A stretch of 37,144 nucleotides of DNA from a virus. Lineage: Duplodnaviria > Caudoviricetes. The notes below the pieces were generated by a model that saw nothing but the letters and a program-made list of their open reading frames with translations, made no database searches and was not told the DNA's origin. Numbering within the stretch: the first letter of the stretch is position 1; every line of letters begins with the position of its first letter. Positions 1 to 7,804 of this stretch are shown piece by piece. Location of the stretch: the IMG/VR virus record IMGVR_UViG_3300016467_000217, positions 1 through 37,144 of that record. One strand, 5' to 3'. Position numbers and translations under genes: made by a program.

Positions 1-90
1 GAGTCTTTGGCCGTTATTCTTTGAGTCTGTCGGTCTGTCGCCTAAAAGTTCCCGAACGATCTCCGGGAAGTATTGATTGAATTCGCTCAT
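1..90 (-). CDS. Probable N-terminus of the primase-helicase gene, truncated at the window edge
   Basis: ATG at 90-88 preceded by AGGA; reads MSEFNQYFPEIVRELLGDRPTDSKNNGQRL open to base 1; the primase ORF at the other window end lacks its N-terminus. Confidence 0.6.
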   Translation of the reverse strand, partial: MSEFNQYFPEIVRELLGDRPTDSKNNGQRL

Positions 91-172
91 CGTCCGTCCT
101 GATGAACCGTCAGAAAAAATGCCCCAGCCCATGACGGTGACGGGTTTTCGGTAGCGAACCTAGGGGCGTGGT
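91..172 (-). ncRNA. Structured leader / C4-like attenuator RNA upstream of the primase start
   Basis: Stem GCCCCTAG/CTGGGGC (167-160 / 127-121) followed by U6; loop ACCGTCA is complementary to TGACGGT just after the U tract. Confidence 0.45.
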
Positions 173-176
173 TATT

Positions 177-482
177 TTACCCTATGAGGTCAAGTGCATC
201 TTGAACACTCCTCACCACTCCGGCAATGCCTCCGCAGTATTGAACGCGCCAGATGAAGTTTTCCTGATCCTTTGTTGTCCTGCCTGTTTTGGTTTTGACC
301 TCAACGGCAAGGAACCGGCCATCTGGCGCAATGCCGATAATGTCGCTTGACCCTCTGCATAATCCAAACTTGACCGGCCTGCCGTACTTATCCGCAAGGG
401 CTCCCGTGTTGTTACGCCAAACCATGCAGCCTGCTTCTGAAAGGGCAATCATGATCTCGTGCATGAGAGTTCGTTCGGTCAT
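177..482 (-). CDS. VRR-NUC domain nuclease
   Basis: MTE..., WRNNTG, GSSDIIG, FLAVEVK, Q..F..V...GG.AGVVRS pattern typical of phage VRR-NUC proteins. Confidence 0.9.
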   Translation of the reverse strand: MTERTLMHEIMIALSEAGCMVWRNNTGALADKYGRPVKFGLCRGSSDIIGIAPDGRFLAVEVKTKTGRTTKDQENFIWRVQYCGGIAGVVRSVQDALDLIG

Positions 483-1882
483 ATTGCTTTTGGCTTACCT
501 TTTGGAAGAGTCATGCCTGGAGCCGAAAGCAAGTTTGGCTTGAGATAGTAAGGAACGCCTCTGGCCTTGCATTGACGTACCACGTCCCAAACCCATTCAA
601 AATCTACCGGCTTTTCTGGCACATAGCCATCAGGCTGATTGGTTGCAGTTTGAGCACCAATGACCACTAGATCGCACCATGACAAGTCGCTGAACGTGAT
701 CGGCTCTAGCATTGGCTCAAGTGAGATCCATTTCACGCCCGTAGTCTCAAATGCTTTCATCTCACGCTCAACACGATCAACATCCGCCTGTTTGATGACC
801 GAAGCGCCAAACCATGCTTTCGGCAGTGACTCAAGCATTTTGTACCGATTAGGCCACTTGGTCAGGAACAGGTATTCCCATTCCGGATTATCCATGCAGG
901 ATTCAAATATCCGCTGAATCCATTCATCTGGAACCCACTTACCAAACACATCCGCCATTGACCCAACAAACACGCGCCCATTGGCTGGATTGTCGCTTTT
1001 CGGTACTTTGGTGTTCCTTGGAGCTTTCAGTCGATATTCATAGAATGCCGGTTCAAACCCAAACGGGTAATTGGCTGCCATCTGTCCATTGTGAGTAATG
1101 GCCCGCGCATAACAAAAATCGCAACCATGCAGGCAGCCCGTGATCGGGTTCCATGTCCATGATGCCCACTCGACGTTGCCATTGGTGCTATTGAATTTCG
1201 TTTCTTGCGGTCTTGGTATCTCTTTAACCTTGCCATCTACCGTTACCACTGGAACCATTTCGCGCTGTGGTTTAGGCTCAGGCTTCGGAGCGTGTTTGGT
1301 TTCCGTTGCCAATGCAGCCACGACTTTTGCCACCGCCTCCTTGATCGGGATCTCTCCTGCCAGAACCGACTCCTTCAGCTCCGGCACTTTGTCCAGAGTC
1401 TTGGCGTCTGATTCCCATCTCTCGACAGTCGGCTTACTGACGCCTATTTCGGCTGCGTACTGTTTGGCTGAAGGTGAAGAGCCTCCATCATTTGATGGAC
1501 GCTGATTAGACCCAACCGGCTTAGTCCCCCTCATCTCCCTCAGCTTCAAATACAGCACTTTCCTTTCGTCCGCGCTCATGTGACGTCGATGGAGGTTAAG
1601 TCGCATGACGTAGCCCGGATAATCGGCAGCGTAAGCCTCGCCCAACGTAGTAAACCTTTCCGTGGCTCCAGTGACCAGTAGCGCCCGCAAGCGGTTTCTG
1701 CCGTCAAGCAAATAGCCGTCATGCGTCAGTACGACCGGGATCTCTAGTCCTTGATTGCCGATGGACTCGCACAGGTCTTGAAATTCCTGACCAGTAATGA
1801 GCGGGAAAAGATCGGCAGCAGGATGAACGCCTGCCAGATTGTAGGCTTTGACGCATTCGTCAATTGTAGGTTCTTCATACAT
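479..1882 (-). CDS. ParB-like N-terminal domain fused to DUF5131 (Gp37/Gp68) radical-SAM-like domain, 467 aa
   Basis: HPAADLFP...L..SI...G...P...LLDGRNRLRA...NLHRRH (ParB/Srx-like), HTH (AAEIGVSKPTVERW), then WNPITGCLHGCDFCYA, VFVGSMADVF, FLTKWP, WISLEPML, V.YYLK; start reassigned to ATG 1882 (AAGGAG RBS, ATGTATGA overlap). Confidence 0.88.
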   Translation of the reverse strand: MYEEPTIDECVKAYNLAGVHPAADLFPLITGQEFQDLCESIGNQGLEIPVVLTHDGYLLDGRNRLRALLVTGATERFTTLGEAYAADYPGYVMRLNLHRRHMSADERKVLYLKLREMRGTKPVGSNQRPSNDGGSSPSAKQYAAEIGVSKPTVERWESDAKTLDKVPELKESVLAGEIPIKEAVAKVVAALATETKHAPKPEPKPQREMVPVVTVDGKVKEIPRPQETKFNSTNGNVEWASWTWNPITGCLHGCDFCYARAITHNGQMAANYPFGFEPAFYEYRLKAPRNTKVPKSDNPANGRVFVGSMADVFGKWVPDEWIQRIFESCMDNPEWEYLFLTKWPNRYKMLESLPKAWFGASVIKQADVDRVEREMKAFETTGVKWISLEPMLEPITFSDLSWCDLVVIGAQTATNQPDGYVPEKPVDFEWVWDVVRQCKARGVPYYLKPNLLSAPGMTLPKGKPKAI

Positions 1883-2648
1883 TGGAAAGCTCCTTCTTTG
1901 TCTTAAACAAGGCGTGAACCAAATGAGAAAAAGCATTGGTCTCGGTCTTGAACCATGCACCAACGACTTCGTATCCGGAATCCTTAAACGCCTGACTAAA
2001 AGCCTTCTCTGTTTGCGCTCGCCACTTGTCTGGCTGATTGACCAGATAAGCCCATTGCGCAGCATCTCCCTTAAGCGTGACCAGATATGCGTCATGCCAC
2101 GACTGCAATAGCGCAAGTTGCGCATTGAGGTGGTCATACCATAAATTCCTTTGCTCTTGCGGCAGTCTTTTAAGACCTCCTACATTGCAACCTAGCGTTG
2201 AAAATACAGTGGTTAATTGCGGGGCATACCGAAGCGCATCAGGCAGCGCCCAATCGTTGATTGTGTTTGGGTCATTGGAAACAAACAAAACCGAATCCCT
2301 GCGCCAGATAGGAATCATATTGTGCGAATCACCATGAATAACATTGCGATGCGGAATAGCCAGCTTAAGCGTTTCTATTGATCCCGGAGTCTTCTCGTAA
2401 AAAACCGATTCAGTTCTAATGCCTTTTGACTCTAGCCACAACAAATGCCGATCAATGATTCCTGGACTTGTGGCTGTGCTGAATTCACTTGATATGCCAT
2501 CCCCTGCTGTGCAATCCACAGCCGAAAATAACTTGTTTTTGAACTTGATTGAATGTACACCAACGGTCATTCCTAAGATTCGATCTAAGGCGCTGTGTTT
2601 CCCCGGTGTACGGTGTGACTTACCGACTCCACCTTCAATTTTTGCCAT
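1875..2648 (-). CDS. Three-Cys-motif partner (TcmP-like) SAM-dependent methyltransferase-fold protein, 257 aa
   Basis: T..KH..L, VDCTAGDG (motif-I-like), SPG, FYEK, GDS, NDP motifs; adjacent to DUF5131 as typical for this family; start ATG 2648 with GGAG RBS. Confidence 0.7.
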   Translation of the reverse strand: MAKIEGGVGKSHRTPGKHSALDRILGMTVGVHSIKFKNKLFSAVDCTAGDGISSEFSTATSPGIIDRHLLWLESKGIRTESVFYEKTPGSIETLKLAIPHRNVIHGDSHNMIPIWRRDSVLFVSNDPNTINDWALPDALRYAPQLTTVFSTLGCNVGGLKRLPQEQRNLWYDHLNAQLALLQSWHDAYLVTLKGDAAQWAYLVNQPDKWRAQTEKAFSQAFKDSGYEVVGAWFKTETNAFSHLVHALFKTKKELSNV

Positions 2649-2661
2649 TTCTAACTCCAAT

Positions 2662-2766
2662 AAAAAAGCCGTCTTACTTTCTCCGGTAGCTATTGGGTGA
2701 GTGAACCCTCGGAGTCGGCAAGGCGGCTTTCCTAAAAGCACTCATATCAGGCTAGCTACAGCCCAA
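2662..2766 (-). ncRNA. C4/CI-like structured antisense-type RNA with terminator stem
   Basis: 13-bp stem (2730-2718 / 2677-2665, one mismatch) plus U6; internal CACTCA and TAGCTAC are complementary to upstream TGAGTG and GTAGCTA. Confidence 0.55.
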
Positions 2767-2770
2767 ACCA

Positions 2771-2779
2771 ATTATATCA
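2771..2779 (-). promoter_or_regulatory. Extended -10 sigma70 promoter TGATATAAT
   Basis: Perfect TGn-TATAAT overlapping the upstream TGA stop, directly before the structured leader. Confidence 0.65.
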
Positions 2780-2938
2780 CCTTCCAAGCATCTCCTTCAG
2801 CGCCTCAGCCCTCGCCGTTGCCTCGCTTGTGCCGTCAGCCATCTTGATAGCCACGCGCTCGATAAATGCCTCCAATTGCTCAAGCGTTGCCAATGGATAG
2901 GCGTTCGTGAGCCACAGCTCGTCCTGATATGCGCTCAT
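2777..2938 (-). CDS. Small hypothetical protein, 53 aa
   Basis: ATGA overlap with helicase stop; F.ER.AI...DG motif seen in small phage replication-region proteins. Confidence 0.65.
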   Translation of the reverse strand: MSAYQDELWLTNAYPLATLEQLEAFIERVAIKMADGTSEATARAEALKEMLGR

Positions 2939-4344
2939 AAATACTGCCTCGCTTCCGTAAACATGGCAGGCGTATGCTTCACGCGCATTCGTGCCGCATA
3001 GGTCATCACGGCCCACTCAGCTGGTTTACTGAGACCTCGACGCTTGCCTAATTCCACCAGGTCTCTTAAGGTTCGCGCCGATGCCTGCTCTTTCTTTTTA
3101 GCGCGTCTAGCCGCTTCAATATCAATGGCTTTGAGTTCGCCTTCCTGAAACTTGATCTCTCGGTTTTCGGTAAGCAATGACTCTGAGCACACTGGGCATA
3201 CTTTTGGTCCCGGCCTAAATACCGAATAGCATTTTGGGCACTGTTTGATCGTTGGCTTGTCGCTATCTGATGATCGCTTTTTCTTAGGGTCAGGATTGAG
3301 ACTCCATTCTCGCTCATCATCGGGTAGCCCATGCCTATGCCAATTGCCGACGTGATCCAAAATAATCAACGCGGGCTTGCCATCTGCCGGTCTAAACCCA
3401 CGCCCATTGCCTTGCATCCAGATGATGAGGCTTGCTGTCGGTCTCAGCCATTGCACCGCTTCAATCGCAGGAACGTCCACACCTTCAATGAGTAGCTCCA
3501 CATTTGTAAGAACCTTAGTCTCACCTGATGCAATACGCGCAAGGATGGCCTGCCTTTCAGCTGATGGCGTTGCGCCGTCCATATGCTCTGCCTTGATGCC
3601 TTTACTGTTGTAAGCCTCACAAACGTGTTCGGCGTGTTTGATCGTCGCGCACATGACCACGCACCGCTTGCCGTTCGCATATTTCAGATAATGCTCAACC
3701 GCATCGCCGGTCACGGTCGGCTTGTCCATGATATTTTCAAGGTCGCTTGCCGCATAGTCGCCCATGCGCGTTTTGATGCCTTCCATGCTGACCTTGGTTT
3801 CAGTTCCATAAAGCTGATAAGGACAGAGATAGCCCGTCCCGATCAAATCGCCTACCGATGGCCCGATAACCATATCCTCAAATACATCAGCCAGTCCTTT
3901 TCCATCCGTCCGTTGAGGTGTTGCCGTGAGGCCAACAATTCGCGCTTTTGGATAGGCTTCAATAATCGTTCTATAAGTATTCGCCGCTGCTCGATGCGCT
4001 TCGTCAATGATAATCAACCCAGGCGCTTGCACCTTGTCCAGTCTCCTTACAAGCGTCTGCACCGATGCCACCTGTACCGGCGTCCGCGTCATGGTCTTAC
4101 CGACTGCGATAATGCCATGCTGCAACTTTTGCTCCCAAAGCGCACGGCTGGTCTGCGTCAGTAGCGTGTCACGGTGAACACAAAAAATGCTACTGATGCC
4201 CTTTGATGCCGCCGCCGCCATCATATGAACGGTAAGAGCAGTCTTACCGGCCCCGGTTGCCGCCACCAATAGCGTTGATCGATGTGACTGGAGGGATAGG
4301 CGGGCCGAGGTGATGAGGTCTTGCTGATATGGCCTGAGCTTCAT
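2935..4344 (-). CDS. SF2 DEAD/DEAH-box helicase with C-terminal zinc finger
   Basis: LRPYQ, ATGAGKT, DEAH, LTATP, EGVDVP, QGNGRGFR; CPKC...CPVC. Confidence 0.95.
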   Translation of the reverse strand: MKLRPYQQDLITSARLSLQSHRSTLLVAATGAGKTALTVHMMAAAASKGISSIFCVHRDTLLTQTSRALWEQKLQHGIIAVGKTMTRTPVQVASVQTLVRRLDKVQAPGLIIIDEAHRAAANTYRTIIEAYPKARIVGLTATPQRTDGKGLADVFEDMVIGPSVGDLIGTGYLCPYQLYGTETKVSMEGIKTRMGDYAASDLENIMDKPTVTGDAVEHYLKYANGKRCVVMCATIKHAEHVCEAYNSKGIKAEHMDGATPSAERQAILARIASGETKVLTNVELLIEGVDVPAIEAVQWLRPTASLIIWMQGNGRGFRPADGKPALIILDHVGNWHRHGLPDDEREWSLNPDPKKKRSSDSDKPTIKQCPKCYSVFRPGPKVCPVCSESLLTENREIKFQEGELKAIDIEAARRAKKKEQASARTLRDLVELGKRRGLSKPAEWAVMTYAARMRVKHTPAMFTEARQYL

Positions 4345-4508
4345 CTCCCCTCCAAATACTCCCGCAACTTTTGCACCGTGGCATAGGCTGGGTTTTTGGT
4401 CCTGCCAGTCAAAATCTTATGCAACCCTTGGCGTGATATGCCGGTGGCTTCAACAATGCGTTCCGGCCTGATGTCTTTCAGCTTTTCAATCATTTCATCT
4501 AGGTTCAC
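4341..4508 (-). CDS. Cro-like HTH regulator, 55 aa
   Basis: ATGISRQGLHKILTGRTKNP XRE-type HTH; GTG start with GGAGG RBS; first gene of the leftward operon. Confidence 0.8.
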   Translation of the reverse strand: MNLDEMIEKLKDIRPERIVEATGISRQGLHKILTGRTKNPAYATVQKLREYLEGR

Positions 4509-4532
4509 TTGTTTTCCTCCTGTCAAAACCTG

Positions 4533-4561
4533 TTGACAAGATAACACCAAGCATTTACAGT
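4533..4561 (+). promoter_or_regulatory. Rightward sigma70 promoter
   Basis: TTGACA-17 bp-TACAGT. Confidence 0.7.
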
Positions 4562-4566
4562 TTCAA
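4538..4566 (-). promoter_or_regulatory. Leftward sigma70 promoter overlapping the rightward one
   Basis: TTGAAA-17 bp-TATCTT with TG extension. Confidence 0.6.
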
Positions 4567-4604
4567 CCACTGGCAAGTGATGCCAGCTTTTACAGGAGCC
4601 TTTT

Positions 4605-5384
4605 ATGATTACGGTTGACCTGTCCAATAAGGACTATCACGCGCATCCCGCGATTTCAAAGTCTGGTCTTGATCTGATCGCACGATCACCCGCTCATTAT
4701 CGTTACCGCGCACCGAAGGAACCATCTCGCGCTATGGAGATTGGGACCGCCATCCACACGGCATTGCTTGAACCGCATCGTTACGCGGCTGAATACGTCA
4801 TTGTGGACTGTGAAGCCAGAACTGCATCTGTTTATAAAGAGGCTGTCAAAGTGCATGGCTCTGAACGTGTTCTGACGCGCTCTGAGGCTGACAAGATCGC
4901 GGGAATGTCTGAATCTGTTCTTGGCAACATCCATGCGCAAGCCATCTTGAAAAATGCCGATACGGAAGTGTCGATCATTACAAAAGATCCAGTCACAGGC
5001 GTTGACGTTAAAGCTCGTTTTGACGTGTTGCAGTCCATGCGCTCACTGGATCTTAAAAAGACCCAGGACGTGCGCCCGGACGCTTTTGCAAAGTCGATTG
5101 CAAACTACCGTTACATGGTGCAAGCGGCTTTCTACTCTGACGTGTTTGAGTGGGAAACCGGCGACAAGCTTGACGCTTTCGGGTTTCTTTGTGTTGAGGA
5201 GGAAATGCCTCACGCATCGGCTATCTATGTGCTAGATGATGATGCGCTTGAGTATGGTCGCAAGCTGTATCGACGTGATCTTAATTTGTACGCTGACTGC
5301 CTTGTTGCTGACGTATGGCCGTCTATTGATACGTCACCGCAAGTTCTGAGCTTGCCAAACTGGGTTTATAAGGAGGTGCTGTAA
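4605..5384 (+). CDS. recE: RecE/exonuclease VIII-like PD-(D/E)XK nuclease (DUF3799-like)
   Basis: YH...AISKSGLD, GTAIH..LLEP, KARFD, DLKKT, Y..QAAFY; upstream of RecT. Confidence 0.9.
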   Translation: MITVDLSNKDYHAHPAISKSGLDLIARSPAHYRYRAPKEPSRAMEIGTAIHTALLEPHRYAAEYVIVDCEARTASVYKEAVKVHGSERVLTRSEADKIAGMSESVLGNIHAQAILKNADTEVSIITKDPVTGVDVKARFDVLQSMRSLDLKKTQDVRPDAFAKSIANYRYMVQAAFYSDVFEWETGDKLDAFGFLCVEEEMPHASAIYVLDDDALEYGRKLYRRDLNLYADCLVADVWPSIDTSPQVLSLPNWVYKEVL

Positions 5385-5590
5385 TGAAAATTGCAAAGAC
5401 CGATACGACCGCTTATTGCCGGTCACAGCTTGAGATTGCCTTATCTGCCGACAAGTCACGGCTTGCTATTGAAGATCTTAAAGCTATATCTGGCGCTCTT
5501 GGATGTTTTCAGGCGTTAATCAATGCGTATGAGGAGATTTACGCCGTAGCCTATCCATACAGTTCAAAAATTGAGGAGGTTGACGCATGA
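5384..5590 (+). CDS. Hypothetical protein
   Basis: Overlapping start/stop coupling at both ends, AGGAGG RBS. Confidence 0.75.
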   Translation: MKIAKTDTTAYCRSQLEIALSADKSRLAIEDLKAISGALGCFQALINAYEEIYAVAYPYSSKIEEVDA

Positions 5591-6357
5591 ACGCCATCGT
5601 CCAAGTACGTCAACAATTAACGGCTATGGCCCCAGAGCTTGCCAAGGTTCTGCCCGATCATGTTACGCCTGAGAAATTTGAGCGCGTAACGCTGACCGCC
5701 TTACAGCGCAATCCTGACCTTTTGGCTTGCGACAGGAAGTCATTGTTTGAATCGGTCATGCAGTGCGCCCAGGATGGCTTGATCCCAGACGGACGCGAAG
5801 CCGCTCTAACCAAGTTTGGTCAGAAGGTCGCTTATATGCCGATGGTGTCAGGCATTCTGAAGAAAATCCGTCAGTCGGGAGAACTGTCTACGATTATGGC
5901 GCAAGTGGTCTACGCAGGTGATGAGTTCCGCTACTGGATTGATGATGATGGAGAACACGTTCAGCATACACCCATGATCATGTCGGATCAGGATAAACCG
6001 ACTGCGGTCTATGCAATTGCTTGGACGAATGATGGTGCGCGTTATGTTGAAGTCATGCGGATTCAGGATGTGATGAAGATCAAGTCCGCATCACGAAGCG
6101 GAAATTCTGGCCCGTGGGTTCAGTGGTTCGATCAGATGGCCCGCAAGTCAGCCATTCGCCGCCTTGCTAAACGCCTTCCCATGTCTACCGATCTAGAATC
6201 CGTCATCAGCCGTGATGACCAGTTCTATCCGTATCAGGAACGCCAAGTTGAGCAGGCCAACAAAGCCGTATCAGCATTGACGGCAACAACTCAGGATGAC
6301 CCTGAGATTATTGAAACCGAACCAACAACAGTAGAAACCGAAGGAGAAATTTTCTAA
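5587..6357 (+). CDS. recT: RecT single-strand annealing recombinase
   Basis: LP.HVTPE, NP.L..C, AQDGL.PDGREA, SGPW..W.DQMARKSAIRRLAKRLP. Confidence 0.95.
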   Translation: MNAIVQVRQQLTAMAPELAKVLPDHVTPEKFERVTLTALQRNPDLLACDRKSLFESVMQCAQDGLIPDGREAALTKFGQKVAYMPMVSGILKKIRQSGELSTIMAQVVYAGDEFRYWIDDDGEHVQHTPMIMSDQDKPTAVYAIAWTNDGARYVEVMRIQDVMKIKSASRSGNSGPWVQWFDQMARKSAIRRLAKRLPMSTDLESVISRDDQFYPYQERQVEQANKAVSALTATTQDDPEIIETEPTTVETEGEIF

Positions 6358-6659
6358 TGGCTAAAAAGCTATACGATCTTGCAGTCAAGACTGGGACTTA
6401 TAACGCAGGCGGTCAAGAAAAAGGCCGCTATGAAAATGTCGGAGCTGTCATGCAGTCAGATGACGGCGGTAAGTTCATCATGCTAAAGCGCACATTCAAC
6501 ATTGCAGGCGTTCCCGATTTGTCAGGACGTAATAGCGACTCTGTTTTGGTGTCCATGTTCCCACCGAAGGATGGCGAGCAGCAGCCTCAGCAACAGGCAG
6601 CTCCTGCGCGTCAAACGCCGCAACAGCAACAGGGATATGTGGACGATATTCCGTTCTGA
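6357..6659 (+). CDS. Putative single-stranded DNA-binding protein
   Basis: Q/P-rich linker and acidic DDIPF tail; follows recT. Confidence 0.75.
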   Translation: MAKKLYDLAVKTGTYNAGGQEKGRYENVGAVMQSDDGGKFIMLKRTFNIAGVPDLSGRNSDSVLVSMFPPKDGEQQPQQQAAPARQTPQQQQGYVDDIPF

Positions 6660-6676
6660 TCTGAGTCCCTAACTTG

Positions 6677-6704
6677 CCCCGGTTTAATCGCCGGGGATTT
6701 TTTT
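6677..6704 (+). terminator. Rho-independent terminator
   Basis: CCCCGG-8 nt-CCGGGG followed by ATTTTTTT. Confidence 0.8.
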
Positions 6705-6726
6705 GTGCCGATTACAGGAGATAGGC

Positions 6727-6957
6727 ATGGAATATGATCAATTTGTGGCCAACAAGCGCCGCGCCGAAATTGCAACTGGCCATGCGCCAGGCGCCCTCAA
6801 CAGTAACCTTTTTGACTTTCAGCAGGCCATCGTAGCTTGCGCCGTTCGTATGGGTCGTCGATTTATTGGGACAGAGCTTAAGCCTCAGTATTTTGATCTG
6901 GCCTGCCAAAACCTTGCCGAAGCATCAGGCGCACAACAGGCCGACCTATGGACATAA
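6727..6957 (+). pseudogene. In-frame deletion remnant: N-terminus of an SNF2-type phage helicase joined to the C-terminus of an N4/N6 DNA methyltransferase
   Basis: MEYDQFV..K...G......LFDFQ.AIV..AVR followed by GRRFIGTELKPQYFDLACQNL. Confidence 0.7.
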
Positions 6958-7289
6958 AGCGCTGTTCCCATTGCAAACAAACAAAATTAGTCTCGGAGTT
7001 CCATCGCAATTTTTCGCGCAAGAACGCTTATCAATCCTGGTGCAAGATTTGCAAAGCTCAAGGAATGCGTGATTCTCGCTTGCTTAGGCCAACGCCCCCT
7101 GAGCGCATCCGAGTCATGCCTAAATTTTGCGAAACACGCTACAACGCAAAGCTGACAAATGAAGACGTTCGCTTGATCCGTGGGCTTTTTGATGACCTCT
7201 CATGCGCTGAGATAGCTCGCAAGTTTGAAGTGGCAAGAACGACTATTAGCTCCATTAAACACGGTAAGAACTGGTATCGACTAAAATAA
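6948..7289 (+). CDS. Zinc-finger plus HTH DNA-binding protein (HNH-endonuclease-associated domains, no nuclease core)
   Basis: KRCSHC.....EF......SWCKIC and NAKLT.EDVRLIR...EIARKFEV....ISSIK.GK.W. Confidence 0.75.
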   Translation: MDIKRCSHCKQTKLVSEFHRNFSRKNAYQSWCKICKAQGMRDSRLLRPTPPERIRVMPKFCETRYNAKLTNEDVRLIRGLFDDLSCAEIARKFEVARTTISSIKHGKNWYRLK

Positions 7290-7291
7290 TC

Positions 7292-7331
7292 GTCAACAAT
7301 TGTTGACAAGATGACAATAGGCGATTAGGAT
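7292..7331 (+). promoter_or_regulatory. Sigma70 promoter with palindromic operator
   Basis: TTGACA(7303)-17 bp-TAGGAT; perfect palindrome GTCAACAATTGTTGAC 7292-7307. Confidence 0.7.
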
Positions 7332-7350
7332 TTATCCGTGTCTAAGTTTA

Positions 7351-7414
7351 TGGCCCCGTTTCGTTAACCCTGATCGGGAGCGCGGACAAGAGCAGCGGGG
7401 CCACCCTTTTATTT
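7351..7414 (+). ncRNA. Structured leader RNA
   Basis: TGGCCCCG/CGGGGCCA closing stem, inner CCC-TGATC-GGG hairpin, T-rich tail. Confidence 0.4.
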
Positions 7415-7425
7415 GGAGAGCTTGC

Positions 7426-7602
7426 ATGACCGACCTAGGCCCAAACACCCTCCCAGGCTATTGCCCCAACTGTTCCATGAAAGCCGACATCTGGAACGAC
7501 ACGCGCAATGCTTGGGAATGCACTTACTGCAACTGGATCGGCACAACGCCGGACCGCGAACCTAAACTGAAGAGAGAGGACTACATCAATGAAATTTTTT
7601 GA
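7426..7602 (+). CDS. Small zinc-ribbon protein, 58 aa (not in ORF track)
   Basis: MTDLGPNTLPGYCPNC...WECTYCNW...; GGAG RBS. Confidence 0.7.
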   Translation: MTDLGPNTLPGYCPNCSMKADIWNDTRNAWECTYCNWIGTTPDREPKLKREDYINEIF

Positions 7603-7804
7603 TCGCTTTGGAGCATGGCTCCTGGACACCAAGGCCGGGATGATCTTCGGCATCATCATTGCCCTGACCGGCGCAAGCATTACAGGCTATAAACTCATTA
7701 CTGGCCCCAAAGCCGTGACGCTATCGGCATCTGAGTTCGTCTGCGTACAAGCAGAGCCTTGGGGCATTACCACACGCTGCACAGCTTATGCGAGGGTTAA
7801 GTAA
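7589..7804 (+). CDS. Small membrane protein
   Basis: One hydrophobic helix; GAGG RBS. Confidence 0.7.
   Translation: MKFFDRFGAWLLDTKAGMIFGIIIALTGASITGYKLITGPKAVTLSASEFVCVQAEPWGITTRCTAYARVK

Noticed and set aside
1400-1882. ParABS plasmid-prophage partition system
   Set aside because: The ParB-like domain is fused to DUF5131 and no ParA ATPase is present
1883-2137. N-terminal 85 aa of the 552-aa ORF in the track
   Set aside because: Overlaps the TcmP-like gene out of frame; RBS and coupling point to ATG 1882
2649-2741. N-terminal extension of the 288-aa ORF
   Set aside because: Runs through the structured RNA leader; RBS supports ATG 2648
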